Shown one piece after another: positions 63,560 through 64,000 of a DNA stretch of 64,000 nucleotides. The notes below the pieces were generated by a model, which saw only the letters and a list, made by a program, of their open reading frames with translations, was not told the origin of the DNA and did not search any database. Position 1 is the stretch's first letter; each line of letters begins with the position of its first letter. Made by a program: the position numbers and the translations under genes. This DNA comes from Dipteris shenzhenensis (lineage: Eukaryota). Where the stretch lies: assembly GCA_047967505.1 (NCBI GenBank), contig CM106538.1; one strand, 5' to 3'.

Positions 63560-64000
63560 GTGGAGGTGCTACCCCCCTCTCGAACATCAGGTAATGCTCC
63601 AGACGCTTGCTCTGCTAAACTACCTGTAGGAGCCCAGACCACAGTCGGCTCTAACTGAAAAGCATCAAGGTAAAGCTGCAATAGTCCAAATGAATCTGCC
63701 ACTTCACCTTCCTCCATCCATTTCGCATCAAGTGATGAATTTTGAAATTTTACCAAGTAGCGGTACAGCTTTCTCGTGTAAAGCATGCAAGGGAGAAGCA
63801 ATTTCTGCAAAGTACTTTATAAACCGTTGATAGTATTTACACAACCCAAGGAAGCTTCTGACTTCATGCAGATTTTTCAGAATTGGCCAACTCCTTATGG
63901 CCTCAACTTTTGCAGGATCCATCTTGACTCCATCCTTTGACACTATATGACCAAGAAAATGAATCTCATGCATAAAGAACTCACTTTTCTAGGTGTTTAT
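63560..64000 (-). mobile_element. Internally deleted gypsy chromovirus fragment
   Basis: IHFLGHIVSKDGVKMDPAKV..EVRSFLGLC is joined directly to YRYLVKFQNSSLDAKW (chromodomain). PPT-like GAGAGGGGGG at ~63570-80. Confidence 0.8.

Overview
Eukaryotic, transposon-dominated land-plant DNA. A fern-like large genome is my inference, not shown by the sequence. The only clear host gene is the last five coding exons of a minus-strand signal peptide peptidase (SPP; 55104-61219). The rest is mobile DNA: a degraded CACTA-like region (1-3460); an intact, very young Ty1/copia with 170-bp LTRs (9413-15298); a chromodomain Ty3/gypsy (37531-51344) with a second copia nested in its 3' LTR (45581-51154); a Harbinger-like MITE; and older L1/LTR remnants. 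The most unusual feature is a co-oriented stack of non-LTR retroelements across ~26.1-54.8 kb. It includes a non-L1 (RTEX/CR1-L2-like) LINE, two ORF1-only 'half-LINE' elements, a unit carrying ~181-bp satellite-like repeats and SINE-like units. They share a covarying 3' hairpin plus a TTAATA(A/C)A-like terminus, and they are separated by (CT)n tracts. This suggests a group of retroelements that insert into, and extend, CT microsatellites.
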